64,000 nucleotides of DNA from Patescibacteria group bacterium (GCA_013387205.1 WARV01000005.1:27924-91923); one strand, 5' to 3'. Shown: positions 1-10,437, counted from the stretch's first letter. Notes: generated by a model not told the origin, from the sequence alone. Program-made: numbers and translations.

Positions 1-37
1 TCTGCGATTATCTGCGTATCAGTGGTAATATATTTTT

Positions 38-469
38 ATGTTCATAGGCGAGTATCAAGGTACAATTGATGAAAAGGGCAGGATCTCCATTCCTTCAAAG
101 TTCAGGTCCCAGCTTAAATCCAAAATTGTCGTCACCAGAGGATTGGACAATTCTTTATTTTTGTATGGGGTTGATGAATGGAAAAAGCTTGCGGAAAAAT
201 TGGCTAGTCTCCCAATTTCTACTGCCAACACCCGCGCTTTTTCCAGGTTGATGTTGGCGGGCGCAATGGACTGCGACGTCGACAAGCAGGGCAGGATCAT
301 TTTGCCGGGATATTTAAAAAACTTCGCCAAGATAAACAAGCATCTGGTTTTCGCAGGACTTTATAACCGTATTGAAATTTGGAGCGAAGAATTGTGGAAT
401 ATTTATAAGGAACAGACTGAAAAAGAAAGCACCAACATTGCCGAACAATTGGGAACCCTGGGTGTGTAA
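38..469 (+). CDS. mraZ: Division/cell wall cluster transcriptional regulator MraZ
   Basis: MFIGEY..IDEKGRISIP and DVDKQGRIILP duplicated AbrB-like motifs; directly upstream of rsmH. Confidence 0.97.
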   Translation: MFIGEYQGTIDEKGRISIPSKFRSQLKSKIVVTRGLDNSLFLYGVDEWKKLAEKLASLPISTANTRAFSRLMLAGAMDCDVDKQGRIILPGYLKNFAKINKHLVFAGLYNRIEIWSEELWNIYKEQTEKESTNIAEQLGTLGV

Positions 470-536
470 ATTTTATCAGTTGTCCAATAAGTCCCATCAG
501 TACTATTTGACCTATAAGTCCTATCAATTTATTTAG

Positions 537-1490
537 ATGAATGATTACCACCACATCCCCGTATTGCTAAATGAAGTTATTAAGTACCTGGACCCGAAGC
601 CAGGGGAAAATTTCGTGGACGCGACTTTGGGCGGAGGGGGATATAGCCAGGCTATTTTAAAAAGAATACTTCCCAAAGGAAAACTGCTAGCGATAGATTT
701 GGATACTGAAGCGATAACAAATTTTGAAACAAATCTCAAATCACAAATCTCAAATCAAGAATCAGTAATTCTCGTTCACGACAATTTTAGAAATATAGAC
801 AAAATTGTTGAAAAGCACAAAATAAAAGGCGTGGATGGAATTGTGGCAGATATCGGACTCTCTTCCTACCAGTTAGACCAGTCGGGGCGGGGGATTACTT
901 TTCAAAAAAAAGAATTGCTGAACATGAGGTTTGATGCTTCGGTTGAACAGGTGGATGCGAAATTCATTTTAAACAATTACAGCTACCAGGAACTGGAAAA
1001 GATTTTTAAAGAATTCGGGGAAGAAAAATTCAGCAGGCAAATAGCCAAGAAAATCATAGAATTCAGAAGTAAGAATTCAGAATTAAGGTATACTACAGAT
1101 TTATATCAGGTTATAGAACAAGCGCTGCCAAAACCCGTAAAACACAAGGCGGCAGACAGTGCCAGAAGGATTTTCCAGGCATTGCGCATATCGGTTAACC
1201 ATGAATTGGATAATTTAAGAGAGCTGCTGGAAAAAGGGTTTGATTTGCTGGCGCCGGGCGGCAAGATGGGGATCGTGACGTTCCACTCGCTGGAAGACAG
1301 GATAGTAAAGCATTATTTTAAAGAATTAACAAAAGGCTGCATTTGCCCCATAGATTTTCCTAAGTGCGTATGCGGCAAAAATCCGCAAGGGCGGCTGGTG
1401 ACAAAAAAACCAGTAACCGCTTCTGCAGAAGAAATAAAAAATAACAGCCGGGCTAAGCCGGCAAAATTAAGGGTAATACAAAAAATTTAA
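537..1490 (+). CDS. rsmH: 16S rRNA (cytosine1402-N4)-methyltransferase RsmH
   Basis: HIPVLLNE, DATLGGGG, DIGLSSYQLD, FQALRISVNHEL, TFHSLEDRIVK motifs. Confidence 0.97.
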   Translation: MNDYHHIPVLLNEVIKYLDPKPGENFVDATLGGGGYSQAILKRILPKGKLLAIDLDTEAITNFETNLKSQISNQESVILVHDNFRNIDKIVEKHKIKGVDGIVADIGLSSYQLDQSGRGITFQKKELLNMRFDASVEQVDAKFILNNYSYQELEKIFKEFGEEKFSRQIAKKIIEFRSKNSELRYTTDLYQVIEQALPKPVKHKAADSARRIFQALRISVNHELDNLRELLEKGFDLLAPGGKMGIVTFHSLEDRIVKHYFKELTKGCICPIDFPKCVCGKNPQGRLVTKKPVTASAEEIKNNSRAKPAKLRVIQKI

Positions 1491-1494
1491 ATTA

Positions 1495-1658
1495 AGAAGT
1501 AGTCTCAAAATCTCATTTTGGCTGCAATTTCAGAATTTCGACATCTTGCCGCAAAAAATTTATTCCGCTTAGCTTTAGCTAAACATCAAAATTTATTTGC
1601 GTCAATCTGCCCGAAATTCTGAAATTTCGCCTGAAAAGCAGCTTTTGAGACTACTTCT
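1495..1658. mobile_element. Long hairpin/MITE-like element, family A, copy 1
   Basis: 16-bp terminal inverted repeat AGAAGTAGTCTCAAAA/TTTTGAGACTACTTCT with nested internal palindromes; homologous to 7245, 13825, 26635. Confidence 0.85.
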
Positions 1659-1677
1659 GGCCTAAAAAAAACAAAAA

Positions 1678-2061
1678 ATGACAAAAGCAATAGCCTCTCA
1701 AAACATCCTTTTATCCTTCATGCCGCTTAAGGCTGCAAGGAAAGTTAAATTCGCGCAACAGGACAACCGGACCATTTACTGGGCTTCGGTTGTGTTTTTG
1801 GCATTGAACATGGTAATGCTCGGAAGCTATTTGGCGGGAGTTAATAGTTACGCCGCGTCCGGATATGAAATTAAGAAGATGCAGACCAGGCTCGACAGCC
1901 TCAATGAAGAAAACAAAAAATTGACCATTAAGGTTTCCGAAGTTTCCTCCATTGCCAGCGTCCAGTCCAATTTCCAAAATTCTGACTACGTCCCTGCCGG
2001 CACCCCTAAATTCCTTGAGGTTAACCAGTTCTCCCAGTTGCCAAGCTCTTCAAGATACTAA
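1678..2061 (+). CDS. FtsL-like cell division protein
   Basis: Single TM segment followed by coiled coil, in the ftsL position between rsmH and ftsI. Confidence 0.65.
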   Translation: MTKAIASQNILLSFMPLKAARKVKFAQQDNRTIYWASVVFLALNMVMLGSYLAGVNSYAASGYEIKKMQTRLDSLNEENKKLTIKVSEVSSIASVQSNFQNSDYVPAGTPKFLEVNQFSQLPSSSRY

Positions 2062-2127
2062 AATATAAAAAGGACGCGAATTTCGCTATCCGCTAACTGG
2101 CGGAGGCGGAGCGAAATGAAATCAAAT

Positions 2128-2318
2128 TGTCATTGCGAGGAGTCCGGAGTGCATCCGACCCATTCGATTTCACTCAGGGTCGGCCTGAGCAAGGTCGAAC
2201 GGCCGACGGGCGACGTGGCAATCTATTTGTGTAAAGATCCTTCGTCTTTCAAACACTAATGAAAGGCTCAGGATGACGCCAAGGGCGTTAAGATTGCTTC
2301 GCTTCGCTCGCAATGACA
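2128..2318. repeat. REP-like palindromic element, family B (composite)
   Basis: Ends TGTCATTGCGAG...CTCGCAATGACA; inner GCAATCT/AGATTGC; nested GATCCTTCG...CTCAGGATGAC half. Confidence 0.85.
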
Positions 2319-2353
2319 CTGGATAATTACAACTGTCATTCGCATTATGCCTT

Positions 2354-4084
2354 ATGGTTTCCAAACATCCGCAAAAAAACATATTCAGGTCCAGGCTGGC
2401 CGTTTTGACGGCTTTTTTATTGCTGGTTTTTCTTACCGTAATCTTCAGGCTGTTTAGCCTACAGGTAATCCGCGGCAGGCAAAACAGGCTCATGGCCGAA
2501 CAGCAGCACAGCATCTATAAAAAATTGCTGCCCAGCAGGGGAGAGATAAAAATTATTGACCAGTCCACTTTAGAAGCCAGCCCGCTTGCCACCAACATCA
2601 AAAAATACCTGGTTTACGCCGTGCCGGATGAAATAACCGACCCGGCGGTTGCGGCCAAAAGCTTGTCTGAAGCAATACAGCTTCCGGAAAAAGATTTGGA
2701 AGAAAAAATTTCCAACAAGGAAAAGAAATACGTTCCTTTAAAAAAACAGCTCACGGATGGCGAGCAGCAGAAAATTAAGGACTTAAACTTGTCCGGGATT
2801 TATTTTGATTCCGAAGAAACCAGGTTTTATCCGGAGAAAAATTTGCTCAGCCATGTGTTGGGATTTGTCGGTTACAAGAGCGATAAGAAAGTCGGACTTT
2901 ACGGTTTGGAAAGGTATTTTGAAAAAGATTTGGCTGGCAAAGGCGGCAGCTTGAAAGAAGAGAAAGATACGGCCGGAGCCTGGATTTTCGGCTCTAAAAG
3001 GGAAATTAGCCCGGCAGAAGACGGCATCAACTTAGTTTTGACAATAGACAAGACCATCCAGTTTAAAGTGGAAAGCGTGCTTAAAAACGCGGTTACCAAA
3101 AACGGGGCGGATTCAGGATCGGTGGTAGTTGCAGACCCCAAAACCGGAGCTATTTTAGCAATGGCCAACTATCCGGATTTTAATCCTAACGAATACAATA
3201 AAGTTGAGAATATCGGGATTTTTTCCAACGAAGCGGTAATGGGCAATTACGAACCGGGATCCGTGTTTAAGCCTATAACCATGGCTGCTGTCATTGACCA
3301 GGGTGCGGTTACGCCCGACACCACTTATAACGATACGGGAGCCGTGGTTATTGACGGCTATACCATAAAGAATTCCGATAACAAAGGGCATGGCATCCAG
3401 ACTATGACCCAGGTTTTGGAAAAATCTTTGAACACTGGAGTGATTTTTGCCAAAGACCAAATCGGCAACGATGCATTTTTCAGTTACATCAAAAATTTCG
3501 GCTTTGGTAAGGAGACAGGGATTGAGCTTCCTGAGCAAAAGGGGAATTTGGATAACTTAAAAGCCAACATCAAAGTGAATTTTGACACGGCCAGTTTCGG
3601 GCAGGGGATTTCCGTTACGCCTATTCAATTAATTCAAGCTTTTACTGCCATTGCCAATGAAGGCAAAATGATGAAGCCGTTTATTGTCCGGGAAAAAATT
3701 AACGCGTATGGCGATGTGGCGGTTACGCAGCCCGAGGAGGTTAAGGACGTGGTTTCCGCCAAGACTGCCAACACCGTAGCAGCCATGATGGTTAACGTGG
3801 TGGAAAACGGGCATGGGAAAAAGGCGGGTGTGCCGGGATTTTATATTGCGGGAAAAACCGGAACCGCGCAGGTGCCGAAAAAGGATGGGCGCGGCTATGA
3901 AGAAAATAACAACATCGGTTCATTCATCGGGTTTGGCCCGGTAGATAACCCGAAATTTTTAATGCTGGTCAGGGTTGACCATCCTCGGGACGTGAATTTC
4001 GCGGAGAGTACCGCAGCCCCGGCTTTCGGCGAACTGGCACAATTTATCTTGAATTATTACCATATAGAACCGACTAGGAAATAA
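2354..4084 (+). CDS. ftsI: Class B penicillin-binding protein (FtsI/PBP2-like transpeptidase)
   Basis: N-terminal TM, RFYP, GLYGLE, YEPGSVFK (SxxK), SLN, KTGTAQ motifs; dcw context. Confidence 0.9.
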   Translation: MVSKHPQKNIFRSRLAVLTAFLLLVFLTVIFRLFSLQVIRGRQNRLMAEQQHSIYKKLLPSRGEIKIIDQSTLEASPLATNIKKYLVYAVPDEITDPAVAAKSLSEAIQLPEKDLEEKISNKEKKYVPLKKQLTDGEQQKIKDLNLSGIYFDSEETRFYPEKNLLSHVLGFVGYKSDKKVGLYGLERYFEKDLAGKGGSLKEEKDTAGAWIFGSKREISPAEDGINLVLTIDKTIQFKVESVLKNAVTKNGADSGSVVVADPKTGAILAMANYPDFNPNEYNKVENIGIFSNEAVMGNYEPGSVFKPITMAAVIDQGAVTPDTTYNDTGAVVIDGYTIKNSDNKGHGIQTMTQVLEKSLNTGVIFAKDQIGNDAFFSYIKNFGFGKETGIELPEQKGNLDNLKANIKVNFDTASFGQGISVTPIQLIQAFTAIANEGKMMKPFIVREKINAYGDVAVTQPEEVKDVVSAKTANTVAAMMVNVVENGHGKKAGVPGFYIAGKTGTAQVPKKDGRGYEENNNIGSFIGFGPVDNPKFLMLVRVDHPRDVNFAESTAAPAFGELAQFILNYYHIEPTRK

Positions 4085-4088
4085 CACA

Positions 4089-4214
4089 TCTACTAAATAC
4101 TAATATATACTAAAGATACTAAAGCTATATACCAATAGTGATACCAATTAAGTATACTTGATGTGATTTAGTATATTTAGTACCTTTTAGTATTTAGTAG
4201 AGAAATTAGTAGAG
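4089..4214. repeat. AT-rich 9-mer-periodic palindrome (TACTAAATA type), family C
   Basis: TACTAAA repeats mirrored by TTTAGTA repeats; reverse-complement homologue at 52262-52400. Confidence 0.8.
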
Positions 4215-4277
4215 ATGGTTTGATTTATTTCGAAATAATGCTAAAATAACAACAATATTTAGCAATTAAATTTACCT

Positions 4278-5267
4278 ATGCCACAGACAATACAAAAACC
4301 ATTAGCCGAACTGCATGCCCATTTGGGAGGTTCGGTGGATCCTGTTATACTTTGGTCCATTGCCCATCGCCAGGGAATCAAGCTGCCTAGCAAGAATTTT
4401 TGGGATTTTGAAGACATGATCACCATGACGGGCAAGGAGAAGAACAAGAACCTGGACGAGATGCATAATAATTTTTACCACTGGACGGAATTGATCACCT
4501 CTTCGCCCGAAGCTGTAGAAGAGGTGGTTAAAAGCGTTATCGGTGGAGGATACAGGAAATGCAATATCGTTTTGAACGAGTTAAGGTTTAACCCGATGTT
4601 CCGCAACAGGGGCGGCGAGCGCGATTTGGACCATATTATTTTAGCGTCTTTATGGGGAGTGGAGCGCGCAATTTTGGAATATCCCCAGGTTAAAGCCGGG
4701 GTGATTTTGATGGTAGATCGGATGTTAACTCTCGAGCAGAATTCCATCATTGTCAAAAAAGCCATCAAGCACAAAAGCGCAGGGGTTTTAGGCATTGATT
4801 TGGGCGGCCCTGACCGCAAGAACTTTTCCATAAAAGACCACGCGAACCTGTTTAAGGAAGCCAAGGCCGCGGATTTGGGAATTACCATCCATTCAGGGGA
4901 GGTCGGCAGTCTTGATGAGTTAAGGTTCGTGGTTGAAGAGATAAAACCGCACCGCATCGGCCACGGGATAATGTGCGTAAAGGACAAAGATCTAATGCGG
5001 AAAATTTCCAAGCAGGGGATTGTACTGGAAATTTGCCCGACGTCCAATTTAAAAAATAGCGTGGTAAAAAATTTAGCGGAGATGAAAAATATCATCCGCA
5101 CTTTGTTGAAACATAAGATAAAATTCACAATTAATACCGACGGGCCGGAAATGTATAACACGCATATTTATTCCGAGCAGGAAATGCTGGTTAAAAACAA
5201 GATTTTAACCCAAAAAGAAGTTGACCAGTGCACCAAATGGGCCTTTGAAGCGAGTTTTGTAAAATAA
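4278..5267 (+). CDS. add: Adenosine/adenine deaminase family protein
   Basis: ELHAHLGGS, IHSGE, RIGHG, EICPTSN, INTDGP motifs. Confidence 0.9.
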   Translation: MPQTIQKPLAELHAHLGGSVDPVILWSIAHRQGIKLPSKNFWDFEDMITMTGKEKNKNLDEMHNNFYHWTELITSSPEAVEEVVKSVIGGGYRKCNIVLNELRFNPMFRNRGGERDLDHIILASLWGVERAILEYPQVKAGVILMVDRMLTLEQNSIIVKKAIKHKSAGVLGIDLGGPDRKNFSIKDHANLFKEAKAADLGITIHSGEVGSLDELRFVVEEIKPHRIGHGIMCVKDKDLMRKISKQGIVLEICPTSNLKNSVVKNLAEMKNIIRTLLKHKIKFTINTDGPEMYNTHIYSEQEMLVKNKILTQKEVDQCTKWAFEASFVK

Positions 5268-5284
5268 ATAATTTAAAGATATTA

Positions 5285-5321
5285 CAAGAGGCATCCTTTA
5301 TCAGATAAAGGATGCCTCTTG
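5285..5321. terminator. Hairpin terminator between convergent genes
   Basis: ACAAGAGGCATCCTTTATC-A-GATAAAGGATGCCTCTTGT followed by T-run. Confidence 0.75.
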
Positions 5322-5367
5322 TTTTGATTTGTTCCTAAATTCTATATTCTGGATTCCATATTCTAAT

Positions 5368-5670
5368 CTATTCACACTCCGGCAATCCTAACAAATAATC
5401 CGTCTCTTGCCCGTTTACCAAAATACGCGCGTACTTTCTCCCTTCGGGATTCTTGCCCACGCTAACTTCCAATCTTTTAACTTGTGTCGGGTCTCTCGGG
5501 TCAATAATAAAAGCCGCGCCCTTGTTTTGGATAAAGTCGCACAACTCTACCTGGGTGTAGAACCCCTCAAAAACCGTACCGTCTTCTACCCAGTGGAAAT
5601 GCTCAATATCCCAAACATTAGGGCTTTCCAGTTGCCCCTCAACGCATTTTTTAGTAAGGATAATATGCAT
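5368..5670 (-). CDS. DUF3892-like small protein
   Basis: C-terminal GRKYAR...TDYLLGLPEC resembles the DUF3892 signature. Confidence 0.55.
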   Translation of the reverse strand: MHIILTKKCVEGQLESPNVWDIEHFHWVEDGTVFEGFYTQVELCDFIQNKGAAFIIDPRDPTQVKRLEVSVGKNPEGRKYARILVNGQETDYLLGLPECE

Positions 5671-5754
5671 ACGGCAATCTTAGGCTGCTCGTGTACTTTT
5701 ACGCCTCTATCATATACCCCAAAAACGAAATTGGCAAATAGGTTAATTTTAAGC

Positions 5755-6423
5755 CTAAATCTCCAGTAATAGGCGATGGTGGCTGAGCCACTGCTTTGCT
5801 GTTTTGAAATTCGGATAATATTTTTTCACCTCGTACCAGAATTTTTTTGAATGGTTGTGGTGCAAGATGTGTGCCAGCTCATGGACCGCCACGTAATCTA
5901 TTATTTCGAGCGGCGCCATTATTAGCCTGAAAGAAAAATTCAATGTTTGCTGGCTGGAACACGATCCCCAGCGGGTTTTGGCAGAAGTAATGGAAAGGCT
6001 TTTATAGCTTATTCCCATTTTTTCCGCGTAGTAATCTACGCGCTGTTTTATTATTTTTTGCGCCTGGGCTTTATACCACTTCCTAAATAATTGCTTGGCT
6101 TGGCCTTGAAAATGGGAAGACAGGATGAATTTTTCCCCGTCAAAATTTAGCCGCCTAAAGTAACTATCCGAAATTATCAAACCATACTGCTGCCCTAAAA
6201 ATAAAAACTTATCATCCTGCGAAAAATTGATTACAGATGCCCTTGGAAGTTGCTTAAGTTTGGCAAGGTGCTTAAAAATCCAAGCCTGCTTGTCTTTAAC
6301 CATGCTATCAATCTGCTTCTCGCTCACAAATTTTGGAGCCCTGACGATTATTTGGCCGTCAGGCTTTATTGCCAAAGCAATAGTCCTTCTTTTTGACCTT
6401 AAAATTTTGTATGTAAAATCCAT
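5755..6423 (-). CDS. YgjP-like (DUF45/M48) zinc metallohydrolase
   Basis: RSKRRTI, KTRWGSCS, IDYVAVHELAH, HNHSKKFW. Confidence 0.9.
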   Translation of the reverse strand: MDFTYKILRSKRRTIALAIKPDGQIIVRAPKFVSEKQIDSMVKDKQAWIFKHLAKLKQLPRASVINFSQDDKFLFLGQQYGLIISDSYFRRLNFDGEKFILSSHFQGQAKQLFRKWYKAQAQKIIKQRVDYYAEKMGISYKSLSITSAKTRWGSCSSQQTLNFSFRLIMAPLEIIDYVAVHELAHILHHNHSKKFWYEVKKYYPNFKTAKQWLSHHRLLLEI

Positions 6424-6511
6424 AGCAGGAGAAATTTATCTGAAAATAGCAATTTAAGTGTTAAAAACAGCCGTCGTCCTTAATTATAGTTTAACATTAA
6501 ATCCACTAATT

Positions 6512-6970
6512 ATGATAAAAAGGCAATTTAGATATACTGCCACAGCAATTGCTGTTGCGGCAATTCTGGCGGTTTCTTCTTTTTGGCGGGTTTCGCCAAG
6601 TTTTGCCGAATCGGCAAAAACCATAGCTAAAAATGAAGCTGCTATTCAAGCTCTTCATTCCAAAGAGAGCAAATCCCAGCTTCAGGCGACAACTTATCCG
6701 GCTCCAAGCAGTAGCGCTAAAACCGCTCCGAATACCGCAACTCCTGGAAAATACAACCAGGCTCAAGTCATGAACACCTTAAAATTGCTTTGCGTTTATT
6801 CCAGCCAGAACTCCTCGGTAAACGCATTAAGGCAGCACTCTAATGTGGAAGTAACGAACATTTCCAACAACACGACCAGCTTAATTTCTTTGGATAGCTT
6901 CTGCTCCCAGGCGTCCAACGCGAATTACGCCAATACTGTCCAAATTAGAAGAGTGGAAATATTGTTTTAG
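6512..6970 (+). CDS. Secreted hypothetical protein
   Basis: Signal-peptide-like N-terminus from ATG 6512; two Cys; terminator hairpin downstream. Confidence 0.65.
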   Translation: MIKRQFRYTATAIAVAAILAVSSFWRVSPSFAESAKTIAKNEAAIQALHSKESKSQLQATTYPAPSSSAKTAPNTATPGKYNQAQVMNTLKLLCVYSSQNSSVNALRQHSNVEVTNISNNTTSLISLDSFCSQASNANYANTVQIRRVEILF

Positions 6971-6978
6971 AAGATGAT

Positions 6979-7008
6979 AAAAACGTCCCGGAAATTTCCG
7001 GGACGTTT
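6979..7008. terminator. Bidirectional terminator hairpin
   Basis: AAAACGTCCCGGAAATTTCCGGGACGTTTT palindrome between convergent genes. Confidence 0.75.
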
Positions 7009-7226
7009 TAAAATTTCGGCGCAAAAGCAGTGTAGGTTATCCCGTCACTGCCTAAGCGGGTAATGGTTTGCCAGCCGGCTTTTTGCGCCCAGTCTTTTAC
7101 CACGCCGTTTTTTTCTTCCTGGGGAAGGCGCGAAAAATTTTGCAACATTTCGTCGCTTGGATTTTCGTTAAAAGCTGCTTTGTATAAATCGTTAAAACTA
7201 AAAGCGCATTCTGGATATTTTTTCAT
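7008..7226 (-). CDS. Small hypothetical protein
   Basis: 72-aa ORF ending at the terminator; plausible composition. Confidence 0.6.
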   Translation of the reverse strand: MKKYPECAFSFNDLYKAAFNENPSDEMLQNFSRLPQEEKNGVVKDWAQKAGWQTITRLGSDGITYTAFAPKF

Positions 7227-7244
7227 AAGTCTAGTGGTTTAATT

Positions 7245-7450
7245 AGAGCTGGTTTCAAAGCCTGCTTTTCAGGCGAAATTTCAGAATTTCGGGCAGATTG
7301 ACGCAAATAAATTTTGATGTTTAGCTAAAGCTAAGCGGAATAAATTTTTTGCGGCAAGATGAGCTTTAATGGCAATCTGGCTCTGCCAGTTGCCAGCTTA
7401 ACCCCAAAATTCTGGAATTGCAGCCAAAATGAGGTTTTGAGACCAGCTCT
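7245..7450. mobile_element. Hairpin element family A, copy 2 (long form)
   Basis: Ends AGAGCTGGTTTCAAAG/TTTTGAGACCAGCTCT; reverse complement of the copy 1 core plus ~40-bp extra hairpin. Confidence 0.85.
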
Positions 7451-7657
7451 TGCAATAAGCCAAAAAACCGTCAATTTTAAGCGATTTTATCCTTAGTGGT
7501 AAAAGTAACCGGGTAGCAAAAATCATTGAAATTTAGCCATATTTTGCGCTAACGCAAAATCGCTATATTTGTACATTTTAGCACATTTAAGATGACGAAT
7601 CCAAAACAGGGTTTAATAATGAAAAGGGCACCGCGGGGGCGCGGTGCCCTGTTGTCC

Positions 7658-8131
7658 TTAAGTCCTGCTTTTGCAATAACGGTGTGCAAGGACTGCAAAT
7701 GCCAAGTCCCCAAACTCATTACCGCATGCTACTGCAACTGCCTGATCGATAGACGCCAGATATGCGACAGCGGCAATCGAAATTTTTAAAGCCCCGGTCG
7801 CTGTTTCGATGAAGAAAAACCTCCAGAACAGGGCTTTTATTATGAACACAATAGCCAGTTGGTACATGCTTGCGCGGCGTTGCCTCATCACCATAAACCA
7901 GTAGTATATGGCGGAATCAATTAGCCACACAAGGAACCCTACAACTAACACATTGTTGATGGACAGGTGGTGGAAAAACTTTGCGGCTGCTAAGGATAAA
8001 ATCCATGATCCAAAGTAGGCCGCAATGCTCCAAAGCATAAAATCCTCCCTTAACTCATCTCTCTTTCCTTTCTTTCCCAGTGTTACAACTATTGTGGATT
8101 TTAGCACAAAAAATAAAAAAACGAAATCCAC
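7658..8131 (-). CDS. Hypothetical membrane protein
   Basis: Several hydrophobic segments; start uncertain. Confidence 0.5.
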   Translation of the reverse strand: MDFVFLFFVLKSTIVVTLGKKGKRDELREDFMLWSIAAYFGSWILSLAAAKFFHHLSINNVLVVGFLVWLIDSAIYYWFMVMRQRRASMYQLAIVFIIKALFWRFFFIETATGALKISIAAVAYLASIDQAVAVACGNEFGDLAFAVLAHRYCKSRT

Positions 8132-8220
8132 AATTTGGTAGGGTTAAAAACCCCTGGTTTTCCTGGACAATAAGCTAATTTTATGGTAAATTAGGATACA
8201 AATTCCAAGGAGGCGGATTC

Positions 8221-9627
8221 ATGAAATATAATACTTTTCCGCCTTCCGGCGGATTGAAAATGGTGGTAGTCCCAAGCCTGTTCTCACTAAGTGAGGGCCT
8301 GCTCGCTCATTCCGATATCTTGTGGGTAACTTATAAGCAGGCAATGTATTTTTCCTGTCCGGATGATATCCCAAAAAACGTCCGGCACGTTGTCATAGAT
8401 AACGCTATCTTGTCGGAATTTTATCTGAACAAGATTGTGACCTTGGCGTTTCAATGCGGGGTTGATGAAGTTTACGCAGTCAACGAGTTTAAGCGTATAA
8501 AGAAATGGGCCGAGGCTTTGCTTGCTTCAAGCAAGCCAGGACGCAGCCTGGAATTGGGCGCGAGACCAAAAAAATATGACGGAGAAAACCAGATGGAAAG
8601 CAGGTTAGATGTTAAGCTGGAAGAAGGAAAGAAGCTGCTGGTGTTGGATGAGGATATAAACACCATCCATTGCGGCGGCCGTGACATGAAAGCAAAGGTG
8701 GAGTTTTGGGGAATCTCGGAAATTAAGAAAGCCCTGGCTGCCCCTTTGCAAGCCGATTTGGCGAACATCCAGTCAGTGGCTATTGTCGCAAGCCTGCCTG
8801 ATAGGTACAAGACTGAAATGCGCAGGCTTTTAATTAATAGGAGAATCAGCGACATCCACGATGTTTCCAATAGAGGGGTTGTAACGCAATACATCAACAG
8901 CTTGGCTTTGTTAAGCCAGGTGCGCGTTGTTGAATCGCCAACATTTGCCAGTAGTTTGGCCGATGTGGTTGTAATGCCGCCAAAACCTCAGGACGAAACT
9001 CCCGATCCTGCCGTCGGCGGCAGCAAGAACCAAGAAAAAGATGTTTTGCAACGCGACGGCGCGGTCCATATTTCGGCTGGGACAGCAACGGGGAAGAAGG
9101 ATTCGCTGACCGAGTTTGTTCGTAAAGAGGCCAACTTTTTTCCCAAATTTCCGAGAGAAGAAATACAGAGACTGGTCGATTTGGCGCTGAGTAGGGATTA
9201 TGATACGGATTTCAAGAGGATGCAGTCATTGTATTACCAGGTTAGAGCCAAACACAATGGTCGTGGTAATAGTAATGGTGATTGCAAAAGTCCAATCCCT
9301 TTTCCGGCATCTGACCCGCAGTGTGCTCCGCAGGTGCAGGCAAACCAGCCTCCAAAACTCAAAGCCGAAGTCTTGATAAGCGGCAATAACGGAGCCGGCG
9401 GGGAATCCTTGGCTAAGTCATTAGACGACGCCATCCGCATGATTTGCGACGGACAGGCGCTCATTAGCAAAGGAATCAAGGCATTGGCAATTTTGATGCC
9501 TGAAGTCGCGGAAGTGGAGAAGCAGGCAGCGGGCACCAAGGAGATAAGCAAAGCGATAGCTGCTTTGACTGAAATCCAGCGGGTCGCGTCTGCAGTGATC
9601 CCGTCAACCCAAGGAGTAAAGAATTAA
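8221..9627 (+). CDS. Hypothetical protein
   Basis: 468-aa ORF with AAGGAGG SD, upstream TGGACA-17-TAAATT promoter-like site and downstream hairpin; no recognised motif. Confidence 0.7.
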   Translation: MKYNTFPPSGGLKMVVVPSLFSLSEGLLAHSDILWVTYKQAMYFSCPDDIPKNVRHVVIDNAILSEFYLNKIVTLAFQCGVDEVYAVNEFKRIKKWAEALLASSKPGRSLELGARPKKYDGENQMESRLDVKLEEGKKLLVLDEDINTIHCGGRDMKAKVEFWGISEIKKALAAPLQADLANIQSVAIVASLPDRYKTEMRRLLINRRISDIHDVSNRGVVTQYINSLALLSQVRVVESPTFASSLADVVVMPPKPQDETPDPAVGGSKNQEKDVLQRDGAVHISAGTATGKKDSLTEFVRKEANFFPKFPREEIQRLVDLALSRDYDTDFKRMQSLYYQVRAKHNGRGNSNGDCKSPIPFPASDPQCAPQVQANQPPKLKAEVLISGNNGAGGESLAKSLDDAIRMICDGQALISKGIKALAILMPEVAEVEKQAAGTKEISKAIAALTEIQRVASAVIPSTQGVKN

Positions 9628-9649
9628 TTTCATGAGCAGTACATCATAA

Positions 9650-9691
9650 ATCCGCGCTTTTCGAATGTCGAAAAGCGCGGATAGTTTTTTT
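9650..9691 (+). terminator. Intrinsic terminator
   Basis: ATCCGCGCTTTTCGA-ATG-TCGAAAAGCGCGGAT followed by T-run. Confidence 0.75.
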
Positions 9692-9750
9692 TACGCTGCC
9701 ATCCCGGACCAGATATCTGGTACGGGGCAAGCTAGTGATAATGGTAAGTG

Positions 9751-9882
9751 ATGTCATTGCGAGTGCATCCGACTTGTCCTCCGTAGCTTTAGCGAAGGGG
9801 GAAGCAGTCTTCCCCTGTTAGATTGCCACGCAATTTAAGCCAATCCGCCAGCTGGCGAACCTTAAATCGCTCGCAATGACAT
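9751..9882. repeat. REP-like element family B
   Basis: ATGTCATTGCGAG...CTCGCAATGACAT; right arm nearly identical to 57863-57924; extra half-copy at ~9890. Confidence 0.85.
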
Positions 9883-9915
9883 CGTTTACTGTCATTGCGG
9901 GTGCATTCGATACGA

Positions 9916-10437
9916 TTATTTCCCAATTTGGTAATAAATGTTTGTTCCGTTGGGACCGGTTTCAGAAGATTTAAATACGCCACCGCCGATTCCCGGAGTA
10001 GGGGAGGAGATGCCGGGAAGCGTTATTTCTTCCTTCTCGTTTTCAAAATTTGTGTACATGACGCAATGCCCGTCGCTGGAATACTGGTAGCGGTAGTTTG
10101 TTTTCGCGTCGCTGCCGGTTTTTGGGTCTTTGGGAAGCAGGTAAGAATATTGCACGTATTGCGGGTATTTGGTTTTCAGTTCGGGAACTAAATCCGCCAA
10201 ATCATAATCGCCGGGCCCTGCGCTGGGCTGGTAGCAGGAAGACGCGTACAAAAGCTTACCCATCTGTGCCATGTCGGTTTTCCTTTTGGCATCCCGCGCT
10301 TTTACCCTGGCTCCCGAGACGGCCACTAAAACCACTCCGGCCAAAATCCCGATTATGGCAATGACGACTAAAAGTTCAATTAACGTAAAGCCTTTTTTGC
10401 CATTCTTAATTTTTAAATTTTGTTTCAGTGTTTTCAT
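9916..10437 (-). CDS. Type IV pilin/pseudopilin (prepilin cleavage-methylation motif)
   Basis: [19 protein letters not shown]...ARDAKRKTD; LPKDP. Confidence 0.92.
   Translation of the reverse strand: MKTLKQNLKIKNGKKGFTLIELLVVIAIIGILAGVVLVAVSGARVKARDAKRKTDMAQMGKLLYASSCYQPSAGPGDYDLADLVPELKTKYPQYVQYSYLLPKDPKTGSDAKTNYRYQYSSDGHCVMYTNFENEKEEITLPGISSPTPGIGGGVFKSSETGPNGTNIYYQIGK

Noticed and set aside
4475-5161. 228-aa antisense ORF and similar long shadows (19556-20191, 12725-13345)
   Set aside because: They mirror well-supported genes on the opposite strand and have no independent motifs.
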